A program made the translations under genes and the position numbers. A DNA stretch of 59,568 nucleotides, the filler included. It is 7 parts of 7 records of this genome, joined end to end, with 100 filler letters (N's around TTAATTAATTAA, not from the genome) between each part and the next. Parts side by side here need not be neighbours in the genome. Positions count along the whole stretch, not along the records: positions 38,039 to 44,655 come from SRR31147125_3849; positions 44,756 to 50,372 come from SRR31147125_3853; positions 50,473 to 59,568 come from SRR31147125_3856; 4 more parts are not named here. One strand, 5' to 3'. Positions within the stretch are counted from its first letter, which is position 1. Each line of letters starts with the position of its first letter. Below are positions 44,474 to 54,674 of the stretch, in pieces. The notes beneath the pieces were generated by a model, which saw nothing but the letters and a program-made list of their open reading frames with translations, was not told where the DNA came from and made no database searches.

Positions 44474-44630
44474 AAGAAAAACGATTTTTTAATTAATTGC
44501 GAGCGGCTAGTTTTGAAAATGAATAATACTGCTAATGTTATATGCTTGAAAACAAAAAATCATGGTTATGCCCCAGAGGTATGATTGATAACTGGGTTTA
44601 AATAGATTGCAATTCAAACATTTAGACTTG

Positions 44631-44655
44631 ACCTGACAGCGTTTCTTAACCTGTC
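44631..44655. repeat. REP-like palindrome cut by the contig end
   Basis: ACCTGACAG-cgtttcttaac-CTGTC then the gap. Confidence 0.45.
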
Positions 44656-44755
44656 NNNNNNNNNNNNNNNNNNNNNNNNNNNNNNNNNNNNNNNNNNNNT
44701 TAATTAATTAANNNNNNNNNNNNNNNNNNNNNNNNNNNNNNNNNNNNNNNNNNNN
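44656..44755. other. artificial contig spacer
   Basis: Same 100-nt linker. Confidence 0.98.
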
Positions 44756-45430
<675 letters not shown>

Positions 45431-45468
45431 TTATATCTTACTTTCTAAATTTCCGTTTATCCTTTGTT

Positions 45469-46646
45469 TTAATAAAGGAAGCCAAACAGCCACAGTGGAA
45501 TAATATTTCCATTTCCAATTTCAATCATGTCTGCTGCTGCATATGCATTTGTTTCTGCTGGTTCTGTATATTTTCCGCCGACAGAAAAATGATAGTTTTC
45601 ATTTACTTTAAAATCTGCAATGTTTGAGCTTTTATTTGATGTTGATACCCAAGTTGGTTATAGAAGAATGTAGTTCTTAAATTTCTATTGCTTATATTAT
45701 CAGGCTCAATTGCATGCAATATATTTGTATTGTGTGCGTATACAGAATGCGGTTTTTTCTGTTGGTCTTCATCTCCATTACTGAAAAGCAGGTTAATTAA
45801 TCTTGCATTTTTTAAATAACGAAGATAATTCATAATTGTAGCCCGTGAGGTTTCCACTTCATTACTGAGCTTACTAACATTTGGGGTGAAAGGCACTTGG
45901 TTGTTTACAACCTGTAATAACTTTCGAAGTTTGGGTAAATACTTTAGTTCAATCTGATTGAGGTAAGTTACATCAATTTCAAGTGCAAGGTTAATGTGCT
46001 TTAATAAACTCTCGTTATAAAAAGGTTTGTTGTTTAAAAAGTAAGGGTAAAAACCAGTTTGCAAGTATTCTGCAAAATAGGCAAGTGGTTTTACTTTATC
46101 TGTAATTTCAGTTGCAATTTTTTGATGATTATTTAGAATATCCTCAATGGTATATCTGTCAAATTTAAAATTCCCTTTAAAATTAAGGTATTCACGAAAC
46201 GATAGTCCTTCGAGGTGATAAACCGTTGCAATCCCTTGTAAATGTTCATTTTCTTCAAGTACACGTAACACAGGCGATGCAGAGAAAATAATCTGAAGTT
46301 CCTCAAAATTTTCATAACATGCTTTTAGTTCTTCATCCCATTCCGGATATTTATGAATTTGATCAAGAATTAGAACTTTACCTCCTTTTTTGTAAAATTC
46401 ATCAGCAAAATTGTAGATTTTACGTTTTGTGAAATAAAAATTATTTAAGTTAACGTAAAGGCAGGTTTTATCATCAGCATAACGCTCTTTTACATAGTCA
46501 AGCAGGAAAGTAGTTTTTCCAACTCCACGAAACCCTTTAATACATATTAGTCGCTGAGACCAGTCAATTTCATAAAATAGCTCGCGACGAATTGTTTCTC
46601 GCGGATGCTCTAAAAGAGTTTGATGTATTTGAATGAGATTATCCAA
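45469..46646 (-). CDS. AAA_14/DUF4143-type ATP-binding protein; frameshift at T-run 45630-45633
   Basis: Walker A GFRGVGKTT, LSFREYL; the C-terminus ADFKVNENYHFSVGGK...IPLWLFGFLY is in the adjacent frame. Confidence 0.88.
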
Positions 46647-46667
46647 GTCAAATAGATTTTCTGACAA

Positions 46668-46699
46668 CAAAAGTATACAAGAAGATTTAATTTCTGCAA
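46668..46699 (-). promoter_or_regulatory. Bacteroidota -7/-33 promoter for the AAA gene
   Basis: TACTTTTG (TAnnTTTG) at 46675-46668 with TTG 21 nt upstream; favours the TTG start at 46646. Confidence 0.5.
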
Positions 46700-46896
46700 T
46701 CTGGAGATGGCAAAATTGCTTTTAAAGTGTAATTTATATTTGTTAAAAATAAGAAGGGTGTAAAATTTCAATAGTTCATACATTGAACTATTGATCATTC
46801 AGTATCAATGCTAAAGGTGTATTAATATTATTATCAACTTTGGTGTTTTCTCGTTTGGTTTTTCACTTCATTAGTATTGATCTTAACATAGATTGC

Positions 46897-46904
46897 TATT
46901 TTTG
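46897..46904 (+). promoter_or_regulatory. Bacteroidota -7 box for the U32 gene
   Basis: TATTTTTG 17 nt before the ATG. Confidence 0.45.
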
Positions 46905-46921
46905 CATGATTGAATTGAATT

Positions 46922-48913
46922 ATGGGAAAAAATAAAACTGAATTATTACTTCCTTCGGGAAATACCGAGTCTTTTTTTGCTGCCTTAAAAGGTGGGGCAG
47001 ATGCAATCTATTTGGGATTGCGGTCATTTAATGCGCGTGGACGTGCAAGTAATTTCACAGAAGCTCAATTGTTGGCTGCTATTCAGCTGGCGCATAGCAA
47101 AAATGTTAAAGTGTATGTTACGCTAAACACAGTTATTAAAAACAATGAACTAGATTCATTGATCGATGTATTGGCTTTTCTTGAAAAAGCAAAAGTTGAT
47201 GCCATAATTATTCAAGATTGGGGTGTTTATTTATTAGCAAAGAAGAATTTTCCTTCCCTAACTATTCATGCCAGTACTCAAATGGCAAATCACAATTCAC
47301 TAGGTGTTGATTTTTCAAAAAAGCTAGGAATTGAACGAGTAGTTTTAGCACGTGAACTCACGATGCCTGAATTAGAGCAGATTTCGACAAAGGCTAAAAC
47401 TGAATTAGAATTATTTATTCATGGAGCATTGTGTTATTCTTTTTCCGGATTATGTTTCTTCAGTAGTTACATTGGTGGGCGTGGAGCTAACAGAGGGTTG
47501 TGTGCACAACCTTGTCGTCGAATTTATCAGGATAATAAACAGTCGAAATTTCTATTTAATTTGAAGGATAACCAGCAACTTCCCAATTTGAAAAAGATAC
47601 AGCAGTTGGGTATTCATTCTTTAAAAATAGAAGGACGAATGAAATCTGCCGATTACGTTTATCAGGTTGCAAAGGCTTATCGGTTGGCAATTGATCATCC
47701 TGAAAAACAGAAGGAAGCTGAGGCAATGTTGAAACTTGATTTTGGTCGTTCTAAAATTTCATATTTTCTGGGGAAAGATGTTAAAGAAGGAATTGCTGAA
47801 AACTCAAATACAGGTATTTCTGTTGGTTTAGTTGAAGCTTCTAAAAATGGGAAAGTATTTTTTAATTCCACTACAGAACTGAAGGATGGGGATCGGATTC
47901 GGATTCGAAATGCAAAGAATGATAGCACGTTTAATTTGAAATTGAGAGATTTTTATTTCAATGGAGAAACATATTCTTTCCATTATGATGGTAAGGAGAT
48001 TATTCGGAAGGGAGATGAAATATTTTGGGTTGGAAGAAGGGGGAATGAACATTTTCCATCGAAGTTTGAACAGTTACCTCGTTTAAAAATGAAACCATTG
48101 CCGTTTGGTAAAAAGAAAGCTATCCGGCAACAGCTTGTTATAAAATCAAGACCTTCCAAACCTAGACTTTTTGTTCGTATTGACCATCCTGATTGGTTGC
48201 GGAAAATAAGATTAGATGATGTTGATGGTGTTTTGTTTGCATTTAGTCGAGCTGATATGGAAAAGTTTGATTTTAACATTCGCTTTATTCAACAAAATCA
48301 ACGGAAAATATATATTGAGCTTCCTAAGTTTATTTCAGAAGAACACCTGGATGCTTATAAAAAGCAGATTAAACGATTAGAACAAAAAGGATTCCGCCAA
48401 TTTTTTGTTAGCCACTTATCTCAAAAACTGTTATTAAGCAAAGAAAGTCAGGTAAGCAGCAATGAACATGTTTATGTGTATAATGATGCAGCTGCAAAGT
48501 TAGTACAGGAAGAGCAGATGAGAAATTATTGCTATCCGATTGAAGGTGACTATGAAAATTTAAAGAGCATGCAGAATAAGCAAGGAATTGTAGTGCTTCA
48601 TTCTTATCCGGAACTGTTTTATTCACGTATGCCTGTTCGTGTTTCCGATTCAGAGAATCAATTTATAGATGATAATCAGAAAAAATATACAAAAACGAAT
48701 AAAGATGGGATAACCATTGTTGTTCCTGATGCGCCTGTAAATTTATTTCAATATAAGAAACAACTTATGGTCGATGGATTTACAAATTTCATGATTGACT
48801 TGAGTCATGAAACAATCTCAAAAAATATTTTAAAACGTTTGATGACAAAGTATCGATTTGGGGAACAGTTTCAGCCATCAACAACTTTCAATTTCAAGAA
48901 AGGTCTTCTTTAG
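46922..48913 (+). CDS. peptidase U32 family protein (RlhA/TrhP-like Fe-S hydroxylase family)
   Basis: GADAIYLG, HASTQM, RVVLAREL, HGALCYSFSGLC, NRGLCAQPCRR, LKIEGRMK. Confidence 0.92.
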   Translation: MGKNKTELLLPSGNTESFFAALKGGADAIYLGLRSFNARGRASNFTEAQLLAAIQLAHSKNVKVYVTLNTVIKNNELDSLIDVLAFLEKAKVDAIIIQDWGVYLLAKKNFPSLTIHASTQMANHNSLGVDFSKKLGIERVVLARELTMPELEQISTKAKTELELFIHGALCYSFSGLCFFSSYIGGRGANRGLCAQPCRRIYQDNKQSKFLFNLKDNQQLPNLKKIQQLGIHSLKIEGRMKSADYVYQVAKAYRLAIDHPEKQKEAEAMLKLDFGRSKISYFLGKDVKEGIAENSNTGISVGLVEASKNGKVFFNSTTELKDGDRIRIRNAKNDSTFNLKLRDFYFNGETYSFHYDGKEIIRKGDEIFWVGRRGNEHFPSKFEQLPRLKMKPLPFGKKKAIRQQLVIKSRPSKPRLFVRIDHPDWLRKIRLDDVDGVLFAFSRADMEKFDFNIRFIQQNQRKIYIELPKFISEEHLDAYKKQIKRLEQKGFRQFFVSHLSQKLLLSKESQVSSNEHVYVYNDAAAKLVQEEQMRNYCYPIEGDYENLKSMQNKQGIVVLHSYPELFYSRMPVRVSDSENQFIDDNQKKYTKTNKDGITIVVPDAPVNLFQYKKQLMVDGFTNFMIDLSHETISKNILKRLMTKYRFGEQFQPSTTFNFKKGLL

Positions 48914-48974
48914 TTGAAAATCGTTATTTACTTTTTTCTATTTTTACATACTACTAACTAAATTATTATAAACT

Positions 48975-50254
48975 ATGAACCGGAATATCAGATTCTTATT
49001 TATTCTATTTACAATTATTGCTCAGGTTTCTTTTGCACAGCCAGCAAGAAAAGCCATTAATATTCGAATTAGTCCTGATCATGCAGATTGGAAATATGAT
49101 TTGAAAGAAACCGTAACTTTTGAGGTTGATGTTTATCATTTTGATACACCACTTAAAAATGCGGAAATAACATATTCATACGGTCTGGAGAATATGAATC
49201 CGGATAAGTCTGGGACACTTCAACTTAAAAATGGTAAAACAAAAATTAGAACAAAGGGATTAAAAGAGCCTGGTTTTTTGAGATGTAATATTGAAGTAGA
49301 AGTTGATGGACTTACATACAAAGAGTATGCAACAGCAGGTGTTGAAGTAGAAAAGATTCAACCAACTACTACCTTGCCTGAAGATTTTATTTCTTTCTGG
49401 GAAGAAGGAAAGGAAAAATTAGCAGAAGTGCCAGTTAATGCCCGATTGACCTTAATGCCCGAGCGATGCACATCAAAAGCCAATGTATATCATGTTTCAA
49501 TAGATAACATTGAAGGTAAGATTTATGGAATTTTATGTACTCCAAAGAACCCAGGAAAATATCCTGCAATTTTGCATGTCCCTGGTGCTGGTGTTCGTCC
49601 ATATTACGGTGATGTTAGAAATGCTGAAAAAGGTTTTGTTACATTTCAAATCGGTATTCACGGAATCCCTGTAAATCTGGATAAAGGAGTTTATAATGAT
49701 TTAAGGTATGGAGCTTTAAATCAATATTGGATTGAAAACCTCGATGATAAAGATAATATGTACTACAAACGGGTGTACTTGGGATGTGTACGGGCAGTCG
49801 ATTTTATATTTGGTTTGAATGAGTTTGATGGAGATAATATTGCTGTTACCGGTGGAAGTCAAGGAGGTGCATTGTCCATTGTAACTGCAGGATTGGATTC
49901 CAGAATAAAGTATCTGGCAGCTTTTATCCGGCGCTTTGCGATCTTGCAGGTTATTTACATGGCAGAACCGGAGGTTGGCCGCACATGTTTAAGAATAGCT
50001 TTACTAACAAACCTGAGAAAATTGAAACATCAATGTATTTCGATGTGGTGAATTTTGCACGTTTTGTAAAGGCGCCCGGATATTATTCCTGGGGTTTTGA
50101 TGACAATGTGTGTCCTCCAACTTCAATGCATGCTGCTTATAATGTGATTGATGCTCCCAAAGAATTGTATATTTATCAGGACTCACAGCATTGGACATAT
50201 CCAGAGCAGCGTAACCAAAAAAATGATTGGTTGTATGAGAAGCTCTTGAAATAA
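48975..50254 (+). CDS. CE7 acetyl xylan esterase (AXE1); frameshift at T-run 49922-49925
   Basis: GGSQGG nucleophile elbow; adding one T restores AFYPALCDL...GWPH and joins the 49985-50254 ORF (D.VCPP, H). Confidence 0.9.
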
Positions 50255-50270
50255 AACTAAACATGCGTAA

Positions 50271-50372
50271 ATGATAAAACTTAATGTATTTGTATTGTTG
50301 TTATTGTGTTCTCTTATTTTTCAACAAAGCTTTTCGCAAGTGAGTATGAAAAAAAGTGACACTGGTTTTTTA
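50271..50372 (+). CDS. 5' fragment of an exported protein
   Basis: MIKLNVFVLLLLCSLIFQQSFSQ signal peptide, frame open to the gap. Confidence 0.5.
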
Positions 50373-50472
50373 NNNNNNNNNNNNNNNNNNNNNNNNNNNN
50401 NNNNNNNNNNNNNNNNTTAATTAATTAANNNNNNNNNNNNNNNNNNNNNNNNNNNNNNNNNNNNNNNNNNNN
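50373..50472. other. artificial contig spacer
   Basis: Same 100-nt linker. Confidence 0.98.
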
Positions 50473-50473
50473 G

Positions 50474-51784
50474 TTAAATCAATTTATATATTTTGCTGCA
50501 ACAAAAGTTGATGAGAAAGTCAGCTGGATATATGAGTTTAATATGGAAACATATGAAATTACGAAAATAGTTCAAGGTTACTCTCCATTTATAGAGGGAG
50601 ACAATCTATATTTTGATAACTCAAAAGATGGAGTATTCAATATTTTCAAATATAACTTTATTACAGAGGATATTACTCAACTTACAAAAGTAAATTTAGG
50701 GGCGTTTGAGCCTCAGGTATTGAACAATGAGCTCTATTTTCTAAACTATAAAGATAATAATTTTTCCCTAAATAAACTATCACCTGATATATATTATGAC
50801 AAAAATGTTTTAGCTAAAGATTTTGACGAACAAGAACCGATAGTTATGGAGGAGAAAGTTCAAATTGAGAGAACATTTGATGTGGAAAATTTACGAAGAA
50901 GAAGATTTAAAAATAATTATTCGTATAGATATGGGTATTTAGTTCCTGGTCAAGTAGTTCTTACATACTCGGATCAATTATGGGAAAATTTTATAACAGT
51001 TGGAGTTTCCGACTATCTACATGGTGGAAGCAGTGAAGAGAGTGGTACTGCTATATACTACGGAGATGAATCATATGATGAAAATGCAGGAATAATAGCT
51101 CAATATGAAAATAGTTTAATGAGAGTATCAGCTGAGTTATCTAGAGAAAATTATATAGAATTTGAATACAATCTGCCGATTCTTGGTAGGGATTATAACT
51201 CATGGTTCTTTGGTGAAGTTCAGTTAAATACTGAATCTGAAAGAACATTTGGGGCGTATATGAATAAAGATTTCCTATTTTTATCAAAATATGATACTTT
51301 AGGCTTTAGAGTTACTATGGATAATGAAGAAGATTATTTAAATGAGTTTTATTATGAAGGGGACTTATTGTCGCTTAGACTCTTCTATTCTGCCGCAGAG
51401 AGACAGATAAATGGAACACTTAATGAAGACTTCTTTATACCATTGGATAGCTTCTCAGTGCATCAACTAAGGTATAACGTATATTCGAATATTTTGTTTA
51501 TAGCCGATACGGAATTAGGAAAAGTTTATCCTGTAAATAAGGGTAATATTTCCGGAACAACAAGCATAATGAACTACATGACATCTGTTAAAATGTACGT
51601 TGTAACAATAGATGCAGATTATAATAGGTTTGTATATGATGCATCAGTTGGAGGAAATGGATTTGTATTTACCCACTGGCCTATCTCATTAAGTACAGGA
51701 TTATTAGGGCAGATTAATTTAAATGAATTTGCTTTTGTTGAAGATACGTCAAAACTATATATAAAATATAAACTAGAATTTTAG
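50474..51784 (+). CDS. hypothetical outer-membrane protein (TolB-like propeller repeats, then probable beta-barrel), 5' truncated
   Basis: Frame is open from the contig start; LYF...DGVFNIFKY...ITQLT...GAFEP propeller pattern; ends YIKYKLEF. Confidence 0.6.
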   Translation, partial: LNQFIYFAATKVDEKVSWIYEFNMETYEITKIVQGYSPFIEGDNLYFDNSKDGVFNIFKYNFITEDITQLTKVNLGAFEPQVLNNELYFLNYKDNNFSLNKLSPDIYYDKNVLAKDFDEQEPIVMEEKVQIERTFDVENLRRRRFKNNYSYRYGYLVPGQVVLTYSDQLWENFITVGVSDYLHGGSSEESGTAIYYGDESYDENAGIIAQYENSLMRVSAELSRENYIEFEYNLPILGRDYNSWFFGEVQLNTESERTFGAYMNKDFLFLSKYDTLGFRVTMDNEEDYLNEFYYEGDLLSLRLFYSAAERQINGTLNEDFFIPLDSFSVHQLRYNVYSNILFIADTELGKVYPVNKGNISGTTSIMNYMTSVKMYVVTIDADYNRFVYDASVGGNGFVFTHWPISLSTGLLGQINLNEFAFVEDTSKLYIKYKLEF

Positions 51785-51808
51785 ATATTAATTCAAAAAA
51801 TCATGAAC

Positions 51809-51836
51809 AAAAAAAGAGCCCTGAGCTCTTTTTTTG
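51809..51836 (+). terminator. intrinsic terminator
   Basis: aaaaaaGAGC-cctga-GCTCttttttt. Confidence 0.75.
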
Positions 51837-51861
51837 TTTTAATTAAAATATTAGTAATATC

Positions 51862-51893
51862 ATCACATTTTCATGACATTTATAAATTATAAT
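51862..51893 (+). promoter_or_regulatory. direct-repeat operator plus -10
   Basis: ATCACA-N5-ATGACA-N9-TATAAT. Confidence 0.45.
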
Positions 51894-51924
51894 ATTTTTA
51901 ACTGTTAAATGGGAGGGAATTAAA

Positions 51925-52761
51925 TTGAATGAGATGATCTATTTTATTGCTAGTAGAGAGATGAAATCTAGAAAATTATATGAATTACTTAGAGGAAAAT
52001 ATGAAATAAATGTAATATTTAATCTGAATAATGAACTTATTACTATCCTTGAGCGTGAGAAGTTTCCAATAATTGTAATTGATGAAGCTTGTTATTTAGA
52101 ATTTATTGATATTGTAGAAGAAAAGAAATTAAATTTGGCGACAGCTTCAATAATTATTTTTGGGAAACAGTTAGTGAATAATGATGAAAAGATTAGGGAT
52201 GATTTGTTGATTGATGAGAGTATCGATTATGAAGAGGCAGATAAGCAAATATTAGCTAAAATAAAGAAAATATTCTTAAGACAGAGAAAATATTTCGAAG
52301 TAGTTAGAGAGAATAAGTACTTAAGGAAATCAAAGGATGGTATGTTTAAAACTTATAATCAAATGGCTCAAATAATTAACAATATGTCTTGTGGAGTTAT
52401 ATTTCTAAGTCAAAGTTATAATCCAACTATTCAAGAAGCTGATTATAAAGTTGAAGTAGTAAATCCAGTAGTTTTAAATGATTTCGGGGCTTTTTTTGAA
52501 GATGAGTTGGTAGGAAGGTTTCTAAAATCATCTTTTAGAGATTTAAAGAACTCTCAATTGCTTACGAGTTTACAATACTTTACAGAAAATTCATTATTTG
52601 TGTATGATGTTGAACTTAAACTTGAGTCGAAATATTTAACTGGTTGGTATTACTTTAAGTTTATAAAAACTGAGAATGGAATAATAGTTCAATACAGTGA
52701 TATATCCAAAATGAGAAAAATAGAGTTTGAGATCAGAAACTTTGAAATTGAAGTGAACTAA
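51925..52761 (+). CDS. hypothetical signalling protein (degenerate receiver-like domain, coiled coil, PAS-like domain)
   Basis: IIVIDE strand; IINNMSCGVIFL...VNP...LVGR...DISKMRKIE PAS pattern; GGGAGGG RBS. Confidence 0.6.
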   Translation: MNEMIYFIASREMKSRKLYELLRGKYEINVIFNLNNELITILEREKFPIIVIDEACYLEFIDIVEEKKLNLATASIIIFGKQLVNNDEKIRDDLLIDESIDYEEADKQILAKIKKIFLRQRKYFEVVRENKYLRKSKDGMFKTYNQMAQIINNMSCGVIFLSQSYNPTIQEADYKVEVVNPVVLNDFGAFFEDELVGRFLKSSFRDLKNSQLLTSLQYFTENSLFVYDVELKLESKYLTGWYYFKFIKTENGIIVQYSDISKMRKIEFEIRNFEIEVN

Positions 52762-52780
52762 AAGTATGGAAATAAAATAG

Positions 52781-53023
52781 CCATATTATTAGACAGGAAA
52801 CACATCAATCGCAAGCTATAAACGTAAATAGGAAAAATGTTGTTTATTTGAGTTTCGAGCGAGCTTTAGGTTACTTTAGATGGAATTGTGTAGATATCCA
52901 TGATGCAGGAGCTTAGAGATCTGCCCTAAATCAGGAGATGCAAGTGACTATCCAGAAGGTTTTGTATCTCAAAATGATACGATAAGAATAAAGGATTATG
53001 TTATGCTTGTAAGAGATATCTAA
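52781..53023 (+). pseudogene. decayed 3' remnant of a DUF1566 paralog
   Basis: Translates, with two TAGs and indels, as PYY*TG...VVYLSFERALGY...VDIHDAGA*RS/PKSGDASDYPEGFVSQNDTIRIKDYVMLVRDI*, matching the C-terminus of the next gene. Confidence 0.85.
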
Positions 53024-53037
53024 AAGGAGTGATAAAA

Positions 53038-54456
53038 ATGAAGAAAAATATTAAACTAAGTATTTTAACACTAATGATATTTATATTATTCACATCGTGT
53101 AAGAACAGTTCAGCAAATGAAGCAAGTAATTTAGAAGTAAGTAATTTAAATGCAAAGCAAAGCAATAGTTTGTCATATCCAATTGTAGATACAGGTCAAA
53201 CTAAGTCATATGACAACTATAGTGAGATTAAAAAGCCTTCTAAAGGAGATGAGTTTTATGGACAAGACTCAAACTATAGTGCTTATCAAGCGAAGTATAT
53301 AGATAATGGAGATGGAACAATAAGTGATTTAGTAACAGGTCTTATGTGGCAGAAAAGTCCGGGAGAGAAGGTTGCTTTTGAAGACGCTATAACTAATGTA
53401 AACAAAATTAATACAGGTGCTTATTCTGATTGGAGGCTGCCTACTATCAAGGAATTGTATTCATTGATATTGTTTAGCGGAAAAGATATTGGTTTAGGAA
53501 GCAGAAGTAAAAATTCTTCACCATTTATTGACACGGATTATTTTGAGTTTGAATATGGTGATGAATCAAATGGAGAAAGAGCAATAGATAGTCAGTACTG
53601 GTCATCAACAGAATATGTAAGCACAACTATGGGAGGGGCAGAAACAGTTTTTGGCGTTAATTTTGCTGATGGAAGAATAAAAGGTTATCCAAAAATTATG
53701 AGAAATGAAGATAAAAAAATGTATGCCTTATATGTGAGAGGAAATGAGAGTTATGGAGAAAATGATTTCCTTTCTAATAATGACGGAACAGTAAGTGATA
53801 AAGCTACCGGACTTATGTGGATGCAGTCTGATAGTGATAAAGCGATGAGCTGGGAAGAAGCATTGAAATGGGCAGAAAATGCAAAGCTAGCAGGTTACTC
53901 CGATTGGAGGCTACCAAATGCCAAAGAGCTGCAAAGTATAGTGGATTACTCTAAATCACCTGCTACAACGAATAGTCCTGCAATAAATGATATATTTGAG
54001 TGTAGTGAGATAAAAGATGAAGGCGGAGATACTAACTATCCATTTTACTGGACAGGTACAACGCATGTAAATAATGGGAAAAATACAGGTGGATACGCAG
54101 TATACATTGCATTTGGAGAAGCATTGGGCTATATGGGTGGAAATATGCAGCAATCTCAAGGAAGTAGGCCTGAGCAAGGAATGGATAGAGCTATGCTTGG
54201 TAAACGACCTCCAATGAGAAGAGAACAGAATAGCAATAGAGTTGGGAGAAGAATGATGCCTCCACAGAATAATAATAAAATGAGTATGCAACAAAGTGGT
54301 ATGAACTCAAATAAAACTCTAATGGATGTTCATGGTGCAGGAGCTCAGAGGAGTGATCCTAAGGTAGGCTCTGCTTCAGATTATCCTACTGGACACGGAC
54401 CTCAAGGTGATGTTATTAGGATAAAAAATTATGTTAGACTTGTAAGAGATATATAG
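53038..54456 (+). CDS. DUF1566 (Lcl C-terminal, C-type-lectin-fold) tandem-domain lipoprotein
   Basis: Lipobox FTSC; two DNGDGT.SD..TGLMW...GYSDWRLP..KEL.S domains; ends YVRLVRDI. Confidence 0.9.
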   Translation: MKKNIKLSILTLMIFILFTSCKNSSANEASNLEVSNLNAKQSNSLSYPIVDTGQTKSYDNYSEIKKPSKGDEFYGQDSNYSAYQAKYIDNGDGTISDLVTGLMWQKSPGEKVAFEDAITNVNKINTGAYSDWRLPTIKELYSLILFSGKDIGLGSRSKNSSPFIDTDYFEFEYGDESNGERAIDSQYWSSTEYVSTTMGGAETVFGVNFADGRIKGYPKIMRNEDKKMYALYVRGNESYGENDFLSNNDGTVSDKATGLMWMQSDSDKAMSWEEALKWAENAKLAGYSDWRLPNAKELQSIVDYSKSPATTNSPAINDIFECSEIKDEGGDTNYPFYWTGTTHVNNGKNTGGYAVYIAFGEALGYMGGNMQQSQGSRPEQGMDRAMLGKRPPMRREQNSNRVGRRMMPPQNNNKMSMQQSGMNSNKTLMDVHGAGAQRSDPKVGSASDYPTGHGPQGDVIRIKNYVRLVRDI

Positions 54457-54476
54457 ATTTTTTCTTTATTTAAACT

Positions 54477-54523
54477 AAAAATTCTAAATATTCTTCATTT
54501 GAAGATTATTTAGAATTTTTTTT
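54477..54523 (+). terminator. long AT-rich hairpin terminator
   Basis: AAAATTCTAAATA-TTCTTCA/TGAAGAT-TATTTAGAATTTT plus T-tract. Confidence 0.6.
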
Positions 54524-54594
54524 ATACTATAATTAAAGTATAAATTTTGTAACTTTTAAATAAATAAACTAAAATTTATATTTTTTATAGTTTT

Positions 54595-54626
54595 ATCACA
54601 AAACCATCACAAATTAGGTATAAAAT
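54595..54626 (+). promoter_or_regulatory. direct-repeat operator plus -10
   Basis: ATCACA-N5-ATCACA-N9-TAAAAT. Confidence 0.45.
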
Positions 54627-54674
54627 AATGGAGGATAATGGATGTTATTTTATATTTTGTTTTGGGAGGGGACT

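Noticed and set aside
52781-54456. Diversity-generating retroelement (TR/VR pair on a DUF1566 target)
   Set aside because: DUF1566 proteins are known DGR targets, but the differences are not adenine-specific (tct/agt, ttt/cac, gac/gat, tag/cag), many are synonymous, and no reverse transcriptase is on the contig.
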